64,000 bases of DNA, from positions 1,920,001-1,984,000 of the forward strand of contig OY820905.2 in assembly GCA_963555755.3 (NCBI GenBank). Reading direction: 5' to 3'. Positions 1 to 9,162 of the stretch are shown piece after piece. A program made the translations under genes and the position numbers. The first letter of the stretch is position 1. Every line of letters begins with the position of its first letter. The DNA comes from Nitrospirales bacterium (GTDB taxonomy: Bacteria > Nitrospirota > Nitrospiria > Nitrospirales > UBA8639). The notes under the pieces were generated by a model. It made no database searches. It was not told the origin of the DNA and was given only the letters and a program-made list of their open reading frames with translations.

Positions 1-3000
1 GGATTATTCCCAAGATTCACGCCTTGTGAATCCTTCGGATCGAACGCCAGAGAAAATGCAGAAAACGAAGCCCGGCTTTCCTTCATCTTATTGGTGAGTT
101 TCACTTTTAGACAATCACCAAGATTCGCTCGAATAGTCAATGGCATGGGCTGGAACTCTCCAGACACCTTCGCCACTTCTTCTTCGAGAATATAGATCTT
201 GGCATCAGGATTCCGAACTTCAATTTTGCGCTCAAAGTCCACTTCAATGGCTTCCTCCACGTTTGGATTGAAGACCATCTGTGGGAAGTCAATTGCCACA
301 ACATTGAAGTTCTTGACAGGAGCATCTGCCGGACAAAGGGGCAATGGTTTTTTCATTCCAGGAGCCCCAAAAGCCGCATTCGGCAAAGGCTTCAAATCAG
401 GGACTTCTTTATCCAACACCCTGATTATCCCCCATGACCCTTCGGAGAACTTCGAATTTCGACCATTGAAGTACATGTAATCACCAGGTTGGAGTCTCGG
501 TCCACCAGCTTGGGGAACAACAAGGTCATATCGTTCGGCGATACCAATGTGGATAGAATTCTTACGATTGGCATCTCCAGCATACCGTTCGGTCAAGAAA
601 TTATGACCAGAAATGGTAAAGACATTACTCTCATTCATGGTGACGTCAATAAGCCTAAACACAATAGCATCACCCAGGTACGCACGCAGCATAGACGTGC
701 TCGGATCCCCATGAATCGTGCTACTGAAAATCTGCGAGGTGTCGGGGTTATTCGCCAACCGTTGCGCAAAAGGTTCGGCCCGGAAATTCAGGGCACCGCC
801 TGTGGTATGCGTTCCTCCGTTCAGGAAAGGCATTGGCGTCATTTTAATCAACTCGTTGGCTGGCATTTGGAATGACACGGTTCGTCCAGCTTCCAAGGCC
901 ACATCAATTGGCTGACCAGGAGGGTTCCCCGCCGTGACTACGTTAACTGTGTGAGGAACGGTGTCCATGATTTGAACCATCAATTCACGGAAGCTTCCGC
1001 TCACGCCATACCCAACTGGTTCAATCGTGTGGATATCCATCACTGGACCAGTTCGCTTGGCTTCACCAGTGATTGGATCATGCCAGGTCGAACCAAATGG
1101 CTCAATCAAGAAGGAACACACCGCACCATGCGGCCACGTCGTTCCGCCAAACGCATGATCATGACAGAACACGGAACCGACATCTGCATCCACCCAGAAT
1201 CGTTGACGGACAAATTCCACGGTCACAATATCGCCAACCGGATGGTCATGTTTCAATGGATACTTAAACATGAGGGTACCTGGGCCACCAATGGCCGGCA
1301 TGGGTTCCCCATGGCCACTGCCACCAGAGCCTGGAATTTGCAGCTTTTGTCCAACATAAATCAGATTGGCATCAGACAATCCATTGATAGATTGTAATGC
1401 CTCAACGGTAATCCCATGGGCACCAGCGATTTCTCCCAGAGTATCACCTGGTCTGACGACATAATCTCCGCCTGCGGAAGAGGACGCAGAAGCTGCCCCA
1501 CCCGAATCGCCACCACCATCGATGGCCACGATACGCTTCACTTCGTTACCTTCAACATTGTCCGCACCAACCAAGAGAACGGTTCCGACATGGTATTGTC
1601 CGGAATTCGTCACATGAATGGTTCGGTCGCCTTTCCTGGCAGGTTTCGTCAGCTTCGCATTCATTGGAATCGGCAACCCTTTGTCAGACTTCTTGTCGAA
1701 CTGAGTGAAGGGCCGCATGGATTGATCATACGAAAAACCGGTAATCACACCATCCGACGCCTGATTGTCGAATTGGACAAAATGAAAGTGCGTATTGATT
1801 TTTGAAGATTGGAAATTCGTAATATCATCGTCGAGCCATTCGCTCGTTAAAATCCAATCCATGCAATCATAAATATTGGAACGAAACACCAACGGCACTT
1901 TCAAATCATTATTGTTTCGAATGGCTTCTTCTTCATCATGAACCACATACAACAACCCATTAGGATCAACAATGGGTGGTTGATCACCTTGGGCTGCCGA
2001 CAATTCAATCGGAAGCTTGATGAAGTGGATATTATACTTTTGAGACCCTGCCCGATCCGGACACAGGCTCCAACGCCCATTCTCACCTGGCTTGGCTGGC
2101 TCGACTGAGGGCTGCCCGTCTGGGTCGTTATGAATCATTTCCAGCCACGGAGCAGGATTCCGATCAGGCGAAAATGGTACTCGTTTTCCAAAATGAGGAG
2201 TCAACCAGGGCCACGCCACTTTTCCAGTCGTCGGCTCAAACCAGATGTCGCGTCGCTTTCCTGCTTCATAACCCTGCCACTCAGGCTGGTACTTGGGATT
2301 CACGGTCGTGCTTTCTTTTTCACTGATCGCACGATTTCCTTCCCATACCCAATCAATCACGGTGGCATCATAAGACTTCAACTGGCCAATTTCATCCTCC
2401 GTATGACCGGGAAGACCGCGTGTTGGTAACTGCATTTCTACCCAGTCATAGATATTGACAGTGGCTGGATTCGTATCCCAAATTGACTTTGTTCCTTTTT
2501 CAACGATGTTGAATTTTTTTCCAAACCAATCAACAGTCGTCCCCACGAGTTGATCTGACGTGACTGGTTTTTGGATACGTCCCACACGGTTTGGCAATTC
2601 ACGAAGAGGAGCCATAACATCGTTCTGAACTCCAGGAACTTGGAGCGTGTTGTACACCCGCCAGTATCCCCACATCCCGGCGACATAATGGTGCGCGACA
2701 TGACAATGGAAGAGGAAGTCTCCAGCTAACCATTGGCAGAGACCTGATCCACATTCAGTCTCCAAATCCACCGCCTCGGAAGGCCCAATCACTTCCACAT
2801 CAACTCGATCAGATTTGGCACGAATGAGCGGATATTTGACCGGACCATTCTGGCCCTTATGCCACATCGGCATTTGGTCAACCGCTCGCGGGCTTCTCGC
2901 CCAACGAATAGTTCCCCCATGAGGATGGTGAGAATGAAAGACTTCCGATCCACCATGGACGAGACGGAACTTCGCTGGATCACCTAAATAACTTCGTGGA

Positions 3001-4301
3001 ATCGTGGGGGCCGCATCACCAAAGGTATATGAACTATAGGCCATGGATTCATCTTCGAATCCAAAGTATTCGTGCTGCACGTGCATGTTATTGATGCCAA
3101 ACGGTTCGCTTCGATAGTTGATCGCCCTTGCGCCAGGCCGGTAGGCATCCGTCAAAGGATCACGTTGTGGGAGGAAGTCTCCATGTTTATTCACCGGCCG
3201 GAAAGCTTCATCGCCAACCTCATGGTAAATCAACACGAATTCACGGAAATCCGGGCCCGTCCCATTTTGAATAATCGCCTGCCAGCCACTGGGCATGTCC
3301 GTTGCTGGACCGGTTCCAAGAGGATCCAGATATTTTGAACCAGCGGGTTCAACCACAAACACTCCAAACAATCCCATGACCGTCAACTCACGATCATTAC
3401 TATAGCTGTGAAATTGTCGTCCACCTTCTTGGGTATCAGGATGGATGTACCATTCCATATACAATGGCGTGGTTTCACAATTCTCTTCACAGTCCTCGTC
3501 AATACCATAGGCAATAGCATCAGGGTTCGTAGTAGTCGCAGGCTGGCCAGTTTTGCTTACCACCATGCTGGACCCGTTGATATGAAGACTCACATCTTCG
3601 CCGAATTCCAATGTATTACGAAGAGTGATTTTGAGGCAATCCCCTTGGTTGGCCCGAATCACCAGCGGTTGAATGTATTGACCTTGAATCCCGTTCTTCA
3701 CACCACCGGGATTATGATATCCCTCTTCTTCACGAGCTTCAGCATTCTTGGCTTCTTCCTCGCGAACGTTGTCGATATTTTCGGCAAGCACAAACATATA
3801 GCCGGGGTAGTAATCCAGCCATTGATTTAATGTGATTTCTACATTGATGGCGGAGATGTCATAATATTTCACTGGAGCGGTCGCCGGACATTTTCCACCA
3901 CTATTCATTGAAACCGGTTCAATATCTGGGTCGGAATTCAATAAGTAGTTCCCTTTTCCTGCGCCATATTGGTGCATCATGGACATGGAATTGAACCCAC
4001 CCGAGTTGGAGTCAGACATTTCTTTTTCCATCTGCTGCATCATGCGTTCATGTTGCAGTTCCACAAGGGCGGACCGTTCGGCCCGACCTTCTTTGGCATT
4101 TTCGACAATCGTCTGGCCTTTCAGGCGCTCGGCCCATCCAGGGGTTTGATGATTCATCCCTGTCTTGTGAACGAAAGTCGAAGATTCAGGCGCTTCGGCT
4201 ACAGCATTGGAAAGCGGAAACAACAGGAACGTCAGGGCAAGTATGCTTCCCCAGCCTAGTAACACACATTCCTTCATGGATACATGATTGAAGTAAAACA
4301 T
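1..4301 (-). CDS. Giant multicopper oxidase (MnxG-like), 3' end outside window, with internal LysM domain
   Basis: Manual translation from ATG 4301 (AGGAGG RBS upstream): N-terminal signal-like segment, Cu-site motifs SLHING, QFHSY, HSHHPHG, HCHVAHHYVAGM, THFHF, CHDH. Frame (high codon position = 2 mod 3) is consistent at 4301, 2720, 1466 and the window edge. More than 1430 codons. Confidence 0.9.
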   Translation of the reverse strand, partial: MFYFNHVSMKECVLLGWGSILALTFLLFPLSNAVAEAPESSTFVHKTGMNHQTPGWAERLKGQTIVENAKEGRAERSALVELQHERMMQQMEKEMSDSNSGGFNSMSMMHQYGAGKGNYLLNSDPDIEPVSMNSGGKCPATAPVKYYDISAINVEITLNQWLDYYPGYMFVLAENIDNVREEEAKNAEAREEEGYHNPGGVKNGIQGQYIQPLVIRANQGDCLKITLRNTLEFGEDVSLHINGSSMVVSKTGQPATTTNPDAIAYGIDEDCEENCETTPLYMEWYIHPDTQEGGRQFHSYSNDRELTVMGLFGVFVVEPAGSKYLDPLGTGPATDMPSGWQAIIQNGTGPDFREFVLIYHEVGDEAFRPVNKHGDFLPQRDPLTDAYRPGARAINYRSEPFGINNMHVQHEYFGFEDESMAYSSYTFGDAAPTIPRSYLGDPAKFRLVHGGSEVFHSHHPHGGTIRWARSPRAVDQMPMWHKGQNGPVKYPLIRAKSDRVDVEVIGPSEAVDLETECGSGLCQWLAGDFLFHCHVAHHYVAGMWGYWRVYNTLQVPGVQNDVMAPLRELPNRVGRIQKPVTSDQLVGTTVDWFGKKFNIVEKGTKSIWDTNPATVNIYDWVEMQLPTRGLPGHTEDEIGQLKSYDATVIDWVWEGNRAISEKESTTVNPKYQPEWQGYEAGKRRDIWFEPTTGKVAWPWLTPHFGKRVPFSPDRNPAPWLEMIHNDPDGQPSVEPAKPGENGRWSLCPDRAGSQKYNIHFIKLPIELSAAQGDQPPIVDPNGLLYVVHDEEEAIRNNNDLKVPLVFRSNIYDCMDWILTSEWLDDDITNFQSSKINTHFHFVQFDNQASDGVITGFSYDQSMRPFTQFDKKSDKGLPIPMNAKLTKPARKGDRTIHVTNSGQYHVGTVLLVGADNVEGNEVKRIVAIDGGGDSGGAASASSSAGGDYVVRPGDTLGEIAGAHGITVEALQSINGLSDANLIYVGQKLQIPGSGGSGHGEPMPAIGGPGTLMFKYPLKHDHPVGDIVTVEFVRQRFWVDADVGSVFCHDHAFGGTTWPHGAVCSFLIEPFGSTWHDPITGEAKRTGPVMDIHTIEPVGYGVSGSFRELMVQIMDTVPHTVNVVTAGNPPGQPIDVALEAGRTVSFQMPANELIKMTPMPFLNGGTHTTGGALNFRAEPFAQRLANNPDTSQIFSSTIHGDPSTSMLRAYLGDAIVFRLIDVTMNESNVFTISGHNFLTERYAGDANRKNSIHIGIAERYDLVVPQAGGPRLQPGDYMYFNGRNSKFSEGSWGIIRVLDKEVPDLKPLPNAAFGAPGMKKPLPLCPADAPVKNFNVVAIDFPQMVFNPNVEEAIEVDFERKIEVRNPDAKIYILEEEVAKVSGEFQPMPLTIRANLGDCLKVKLTNKMKESRASFSAFSLAFDPKDSQGVNLGNN

Positions 4302-4526
4302 GGCCCGGCCTCCTTACAGATAAACAATTATGCCACTTAAGAAGTTTTTGGTAGAGTAGTTAAGTTTACGTAGTTATACCTCACGCACAATAGGCGAGAG
4401 GGAAAAATTACTGAAATTGACCGGGGGGTGTCAAGCGTTTTAAAGGCCTATCAAGCGTTTTAAGGACCTATAAAGACGGTTTAACGAAATACTTTGAACA
4501 AGGGACAGGATTTGTGGATTTTTTCC

Positions 4527-5390
4527 TCACACTTCACCCTTTGGGCGCTTCCCCTGGATAAGGGCTTGCAATTTCTCCCTCATCTGTTTGGTCACCTCGC
4601 CAGGGGTCCCATTTCCAACAGAAGCCCCATTGAGCTTGGTGATTGGCAGCACCTCAATGGTTGTGCCGATAAGAAACAGCTCCTCGGCTTGCTTCAACTC
4701 TTCCTCCTTAACCGGTCTTTCTTCAACGACTTTTCCATCGTTCCTTGCCAACTCAAGAACCGCTTGCCTCGTGACCCCTGCCAACAGTTGGTCACTCAAA
4801 ACAGGGGTGAGCAATTTCCCGTCTTTGACCAGGATCACATTACTCGAGGTTCCTTCCGTTACCATTCCATCCTTGATTAAAAGAGCCTCAAACGCACCTG
4901 CCTCATTCGCTTGCTGTTTGGCTAAGATATTCGGGAGTAAATTCAGACTTTTAATCGAACACCGAGCCCACCGCAAGTCAGGAAGAGTGATCACAGAAAC
5001 TCCCTGTTGGTTCAGTTGGGTTGGAAGATCCGCCATCTCCCGGAAGGTCATCACGATGGTAGGACGAGTTGTCTCTGGAAACAGATGTTCTCTCGGGGCC
5101 ACCCCTCGAGTCACTTGAATATACACCTTGCACGCCGAATAGGTGCTTCGCTCAAGACCTTCACGAATGAATGCCTTCCATTCCTTGGTTTCGATGGTAA
5201 GGGGGATGGAAATAGCCTGGGCACTTTGGTCTAGACGGGAAAGATGCTCATCAAGTCGGAAGGGTCTTCCGCCATACACGCGGATGACTTCATACACGCC
5301 ATCGCCGAACTGAAATCCCCGGTCCTCAATCGAAACCGTAGCTTCTTCAAGAGGAAGAAACTTCCCGTTCAGCCATGCAATATTGGGCAT
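4527..5390 (-). CDS. dat: D-amino-acid aminotransferase (PLP class IV)
   Basis: EDRGFQFGDGVYE, IKSLNLL, EGTSSNV and LLAGVTR motifs. Confidence 0.9.
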   Translation of the reverse strand: MPNIAWLNGKFLPLEEATVSIEDRGFQFGDGVYEVIRVYGGRPFRLDEHLSRLDQSAQAISIPLTIETKEWKAFIREGLERSTYSACKVYIQVTRGVAPREHLFPETTRPTIVMTFREMADLPTQLNQQGVSVITLPDLRWARCSIKSLNLLPNILAKQQANEAGAFEALLIKDGMVTEGTSSNVILVKDGKLLTPVLSDQLLAGVTRQAVLELARNDGKVVEERPVKEEELKQAEELFLIGTTIEVLPITKLNGASVGNGTPGEVTKQMREKLQALIQGKRPKGEV

Positions 5391-5432
5391 TTTGAGTTGT
5401 TCAACATCCCGTTAGCGTAGAGTTTCACTTTG

Positions 5433-5502
5433 TGTCATTTCGACCAACGGGAGAAATCCTCCCTCGATCGTGGGAGGATTTCTCCCGTTGGTCGAAATGA
5501 CA
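5433..5502. repeat. Palindromic REP-like element TGTCATTTCGACC..GAGAAATC
   Basis: tgtcatttcgaccaacgggagaaatcctccc / gggaggatttctcccgttggtcgaaatgaca perfect inverted arms; related arms near 29477, 40946 and 44914-44986. Confidence 0.85.
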
Positions 5503-5535
5503 AGGGGCCTAGGTTGATCCAATGGGTAAACGTAT

Positions 5536-5865
5536 TTATCGAACACTCCCCTCGCTCTCACCCTCTTTCACATCCACGAGGAACACGCGGCGTGCTTCCG
5601 CCGTAAATTTCCATGCCATCCGTTTTTGAAATTCCAGACGGTGGGTGCCACTTTGAAGTGCTTCAAACTCAAACTGCCGATTACCCGAATCAACGGCATT
5701 ATTACTGGTGGTTCGCAGAAAATCGTCTCCGGTCAGGGCGAATACGGAAGAATCGTACGAGGGCACCCATTGTTCTCCCCGTGTTCGGTCTTCCCATAAC
5801 GTAATTGTAAAAGACACCCCTTTTTGGGCCACGACCGACTTCAGATCAGATTCCTCTTCACCCAT
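5536..5865 (-). CDS. Chagasin-like protease inhibitor I42 family protein
   Basis: FTITL..RTRGEQW, G-x3-FEFEALQSG and KRMAW pattern, 109 aa. Confidence 0.65.
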   Translation of the reverse strand: MGEEESDLKSVVAQKGVSFTITLWEDRTRGEQWVPSYDSSVFALTGDDFLRTTSNNAVDSGNRQFEFEALQSGTHRLEFQKRMAWKFTAEARRVFLVDVKEGESEGSVR

Positions 5866-6085
5866 TCGCTACTCCAATCGTTTCCGACGTTGGATAATAA
5901 TTTCCGTGACGGTAAGTATTTTCGCTCAGTGTCTCTGATTTTTCGTCACGACTCAGGTATTGAGGTTGAAGACTAAAAACTGAAGGCTATCACTCATAAT
6001 GCCTGACGTTTTGTATGATCACCCCCTAAAAGCCTTCGGCCTTCAGTCTATCCACCTGAGAAGTTCTGATTTTTCTCAAATAATA

Positions 6086-6421
6086 TCAAAGATCTCGGCA
6101 CTTCGAACTGACATAAATCTCGTCGTCATTCACCTGGATATCATAGCTAGCCACACAATACCCCCCACCATCCGTCCCGAACCCACTTCGTACGTCAAAC
6201 TTCTGATGATGCCACGGACATCCGACCACATAGCCTTTGAGTTTACCTTTGACCAACGGGCCGCCTTTATGTGGGCAGATATTATTGATTGCAAAAAACT
6301 TTCCGGACACATTGAACAACGCGATACTTTTTCCGTTCACCTTCACCATTCGAGAAGTGCCAGAAGGAATATCTTCTACTCGTCCAACTGCAACAAATTG
6401 GTCTAACGATTTTGCATTCAT
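6086..6421 (-). CDS. Rieske [2Fe-2S] ferredoxin (NirD/dioxygenase ferredoxin-like)
   Basis: CPHKGGPL...GCPWH Rieske motif; ATG at 6421. Confidence 0.9.
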   Translation of the reverse strand: MNAKSLDQFVAVGRVEDIPSGTSRMVKVNGKSIALFNVSGKFFAINNICPHKGGPLVKGKLKGYVVGCPWHHQKFDVRSGFGTDGGGYCVASYDIQVNDDEIYVSSKCRDL

Positions 6422-6521
6422 GGAAATGCCAACGTAACTACTCAGGTTCAAGATTCATGGGTTCACGGTTTAGGATTCGCGCAAAATTATGTTGAACGGA
6501 TTTGTGGTTTTTTTCGTGCCT

Positions 6522-6710
6522 GAAACTCGAATCTCGAAATTCGAAACAAATCCGAAATACGAAACTCGAATGTTTCAAACGAATCATTCGGAGCGGACGA
6601 ATTCGTACGTTTGATCCTCAAGGTTGAACGGCCTGTCTCCCAGTGTTTTGGTGTTTCGCAATTTGGTCATTTGGATTTGTTTCGGATTTCGAGATTCGAG
6701 TTTCGGATTT
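6522..6710. repeat. Inverted repeat with short periodic arms (CGAAA-rich)
   Basis: gaaactcgaatctcgaaattcgaaacaaatcc ... ggatttgtttcggatttcgagattcgagtttc. Confidence 0.8.
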
Positions 6711-6799
6711 ATCAACTTGTTTCTTAGTTTCTGCACAAAACCTTAGGGGAGACAGGCCAAAACGGTCAGAGACCAACCCGACCTGAATACTCTACTCCA

Positions 6800-7294
6800 T
6801 TACATTCGTAAGGCAAAGATTAATTCCGACCCAACCGCGGCCTCAGCTTTTTGAATGAACCCCATATTCGTTTCAATGACATATCGAGCATTCTCCGGGG
6901 GAGGACCATGCCACGGGCATGGATCTTCTACGCAAGGCATAGCGGCTTCTTTGACATGAACGATCTGTTTACTTTCATCGACCCAAATCAAATCCACCGG
7001 GAACTTAAACCCTTTCGTCCAAACTTTATGAAGCCCTGACTTATCAAACAAAAAAATCATGCCCCCATCTTCGGGAAGGCCCTCGCGAAAAGCCAAGCCA
7101 AATAATAATTTTTCTGGGGTATCGGCCACCTCTGCCTGAAGTTTGGCTCCCGATGGAAACCGGACCTCGATAATTTCCGTTTGTTTGGGAGCATTAAACA
7201 TCATGGCCCCTGAAATCAACAGCAAGGCCATCAGCACAAGAAAAATAACCCGCTTTTTACTGGGGGGAGGCTTAGGTTTTGTACGCGTCCGCAT
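6800..7294 (-). CDS. DUF192 family membrane-anchored protein
   Basis: AEVADT..GLAFR..GGMIFLF..FPVDLIW..ARYVIE; N-terminal TM helix. Confidence 0.85.
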   Translation of the reverse strand: MRTRTKPKPPPSKKRVIFLVLMALLLISGAMMFNAPKQTEIIEVRFPSGAKLQAEVADTPEKLLFGLAFREGLPEDGGMIFLFDKSGLHKVWTKGFKFPVDLIWVDESKQIVHVKEAAMPCVEDPCPWHGPPPENARYVIETNMGFIQKAEAAVGSELIFALRM

Positions 7295-7401
7295 AAATGG
7301 TGCAGATCCCGGCAGTAGAAAAAATGTGTATGGGAAAGTCTAAAACGGATTTATTTCAGAATTAATCAAAGGAGATCAATCCTTCACTGGCAAACTTTTA
7401 A

Positions 7402-7542
7402 GGCCACCTCTAAAAACCGTCCTTTTCCGTGATGGCGGCGTCAGCCGCGTGCTCACATCCTCATGTATTCGCCCATACACTCCGGTTTTCCGCGCGCGGC
7501 TTCCTTGCCCTCACAAAACATGCCTGGTTTTTAGAGGTGCCC
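7402..7542. mobile_element. MITE family F (TIR GGGCACCTCTAAAAACC, TTAA duplication)
   Basis: ggccacctctaaaaacc ... ggtttttagaggtgccc with TTAA on both sides; a similar end begins at 63985. Confidence 0.8.
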
Positions 7543-7680
7543 TTAAGTTGTTTCTCCACCCTCTTTTCCTAAATTTCCTTCATTTATGGTAAGATAAAGA
7601 CTCAAAAACCTCGAGAGAGTGGCCGATAAACATCTTTAGGTGTCAAAACATAGCCCTCATTGATGAGAGGAGGCTCAACC

Positions 7681-8022
7681 ATGAAACACCACATGATTCA
7701 CGCTCTTTCGGTATTGACCTTGACCACCCTGTTATTCCTCCCCGTACAAGCCGCTCCACCAGAGGTGCCTTCAGCCATTGACCAATTTGTGGCGAAAGCC
7801 TTTCCCGATGCCAGCCACTATTTCTGGGTGGTGAACGATACACAAACGGAAACCAAGAATGAAATGATTGTAGACATTAATACCTTTGTCACAAATAAGG
7901 GTAGCGACCATACGCCTATTGAAAACCGTTTTTTACTTCTTGTTTTGAACGGAGAGGTGATTTCAGCCCATAGAATCCCTCTTGGGGCCAAGGTTGATTG
8001 CAGTAAAGATACAGAAATTTAG
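7681..8022 (+). CDS. Hypothetical secreted protein
   Basis: AGGAGG RBS, signal peptide ending VQA, followed by a terminator. Confidence 0.8.
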   Translation: MKHHMIHALSVLTLTTLLFLPVQAAPPEVPSAIDQFVAKAFPDASHYFWVVNDTQTETKNEMIVDINTFVTNKGSDHTPIENRFLLLVLNGEVISAHRIPLGAKVDCSKDTEI

Positions 8023-8046
8023 GAGTCATCTCACCACGATAATACT

Positions 8047-8086
8047 AAAAGAGCCCCGTTCCCAGATCCGGGAACGGGGCTCTTTT
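8047..8086. terminator. Bidirectional rho-independent terminator
   Basis: aaaagagccccgttccc-agatcc-gggaacggggctctttt between convergent genes. Confidence 0.9.
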
Positions 8087-8123
8087 GTTATTCACACTCA
8101 AAAACCTGAGGATTTACTACCTT

Positions 8124-8618
8124 TTACTTTAAGACCAGAAGATGCGAAGGAAGGTGTGCCGGATGCAACTGACATTTGACTGACAGGTTGCCCGCGGCGG
8201 TGACATACGTAAAGTCGCTCATGGCGATACCAATATACTTGGTTTCTCCAGCCTTCAACGTAATTTTGATCTGCATGGAAGTTGGGGCAGCGAACGCTGA
8301 GTCCGCAGACAGACTAAAACCATGCTCAGAATCCAAGGCATTGGTGACTTTGATCAAAATAGGCTGGCCTCTCCTGCCTAAGGTTCCCTGGTTTCTAAGA
8401 TCCAGAATCGTCGTGCCAGGATACCAGGCTTTTTTCCCGCCAATGTTTACGGCGGTGTACGTAAGGTCGACATCAAGACTATTAAAGGGTTGACCTACGA
8501 CAGACCCGGTTGCGAGATCACCAACACTGTGACCACCGGACTGCATCGCGAAAGCAACTGAAGAACCACCCGCAACTAAAACTAAACCTAAAAGGACGGA
8601 TAGAAGCACCTTGTGCAT
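8124..8618 (-). CDS. Periplasmic cupredoxin, nitrosocyanin-like
   Basis: Signal peptide; SEHGFSL, LKAGETK and C-terminal CQLHPAHLP resemble nitrosocyanin (SEGFSI, IKAGETK, CQLHPKNIHLP). Confidence 0.75.
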   Translation of the reverse strand: MHKVLLSVLLGLVLVAGGSSVAFAMQSGGHSVGDLATGSVVGQPFNSLDVDLTYTAVNIGGKKAWYPGTTILDLRNQGTLGRRGQPILIKVTNALDSEHGFSLSADSAFAAPTSMQIKITLKAGETKYIGIAMSDFTYVTAAGNLSVKCQLHPAHLPSHLLVLK

Positions 8619-8783
8619 TGCCTACCTCCTCAAACAAAGGACGTTAATAAAAAATTGCCAGTTAAAAAGACCATTTCCAGAATATACTAAACTTGACTTA
8701 TTGCACATTCCTACCGCAACGGAGATAACTTATAGCATAAGCACTTTCCGGACGCAAGACGGTTTTCTGAAAACTTTCTGTAT

Positions 8784-9021
8784 GGGAATGTTGAAAAAAG
8801 CCGCCAGCGGCGTTCTCGCCATTTTGCCGTGCTCACGTACTATGAGTACGCTCCGCGCGTCAAAATGGCTGCGGCCTTTCCTTCGACTCTGCTCAGGACA
8901 GGACTGGATAGACCCTTCGGAAAGACTCAGGGCATGCTTTTTTGAACATTCCCTCCCCTTGACGATGCGTGGCTCATCTAGAGCTTTGATTAGCTATTGG
9001 AGTGCACTATTCAACAGGCCC
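8784..9021. mobile_element. MITE family A (GGGAATGTTGAAAAA...TTTTTGAACATTCCC, extended end TCAACAGGCCC) with empty IS110 target
   Basis: Related copies at 10195, 35296, 35947, 41105, 46086, 58510, 62222. Confidence 0.85.
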
Positions 9022-9162
9022 TGAATACAAGCTTCTTCTACATTGTCTGTAAGGGACGGTGTTGGGTCATAGAGAAAGGAGCATTTTCCCTGTTGCGGGT
9101 GCTTCTAGTCCAGAGTAATATCGCCATTGTTTATAGATCATCATTATCGGAGGCGTTTTCTG

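Noticed and set aside
137..4259. Many short ORFs listed in the track
   Set aside because: They are shadows of the single long minus-strand multicopper oxidase frame.
8611..9024. ORFs with MLKKAASGVL.. and similar peptides (also 10199, 46090 N-terminus, 62120, 45087, 55275, 58028)
   Set aside because: These are translations of MITE sequence, not genes.
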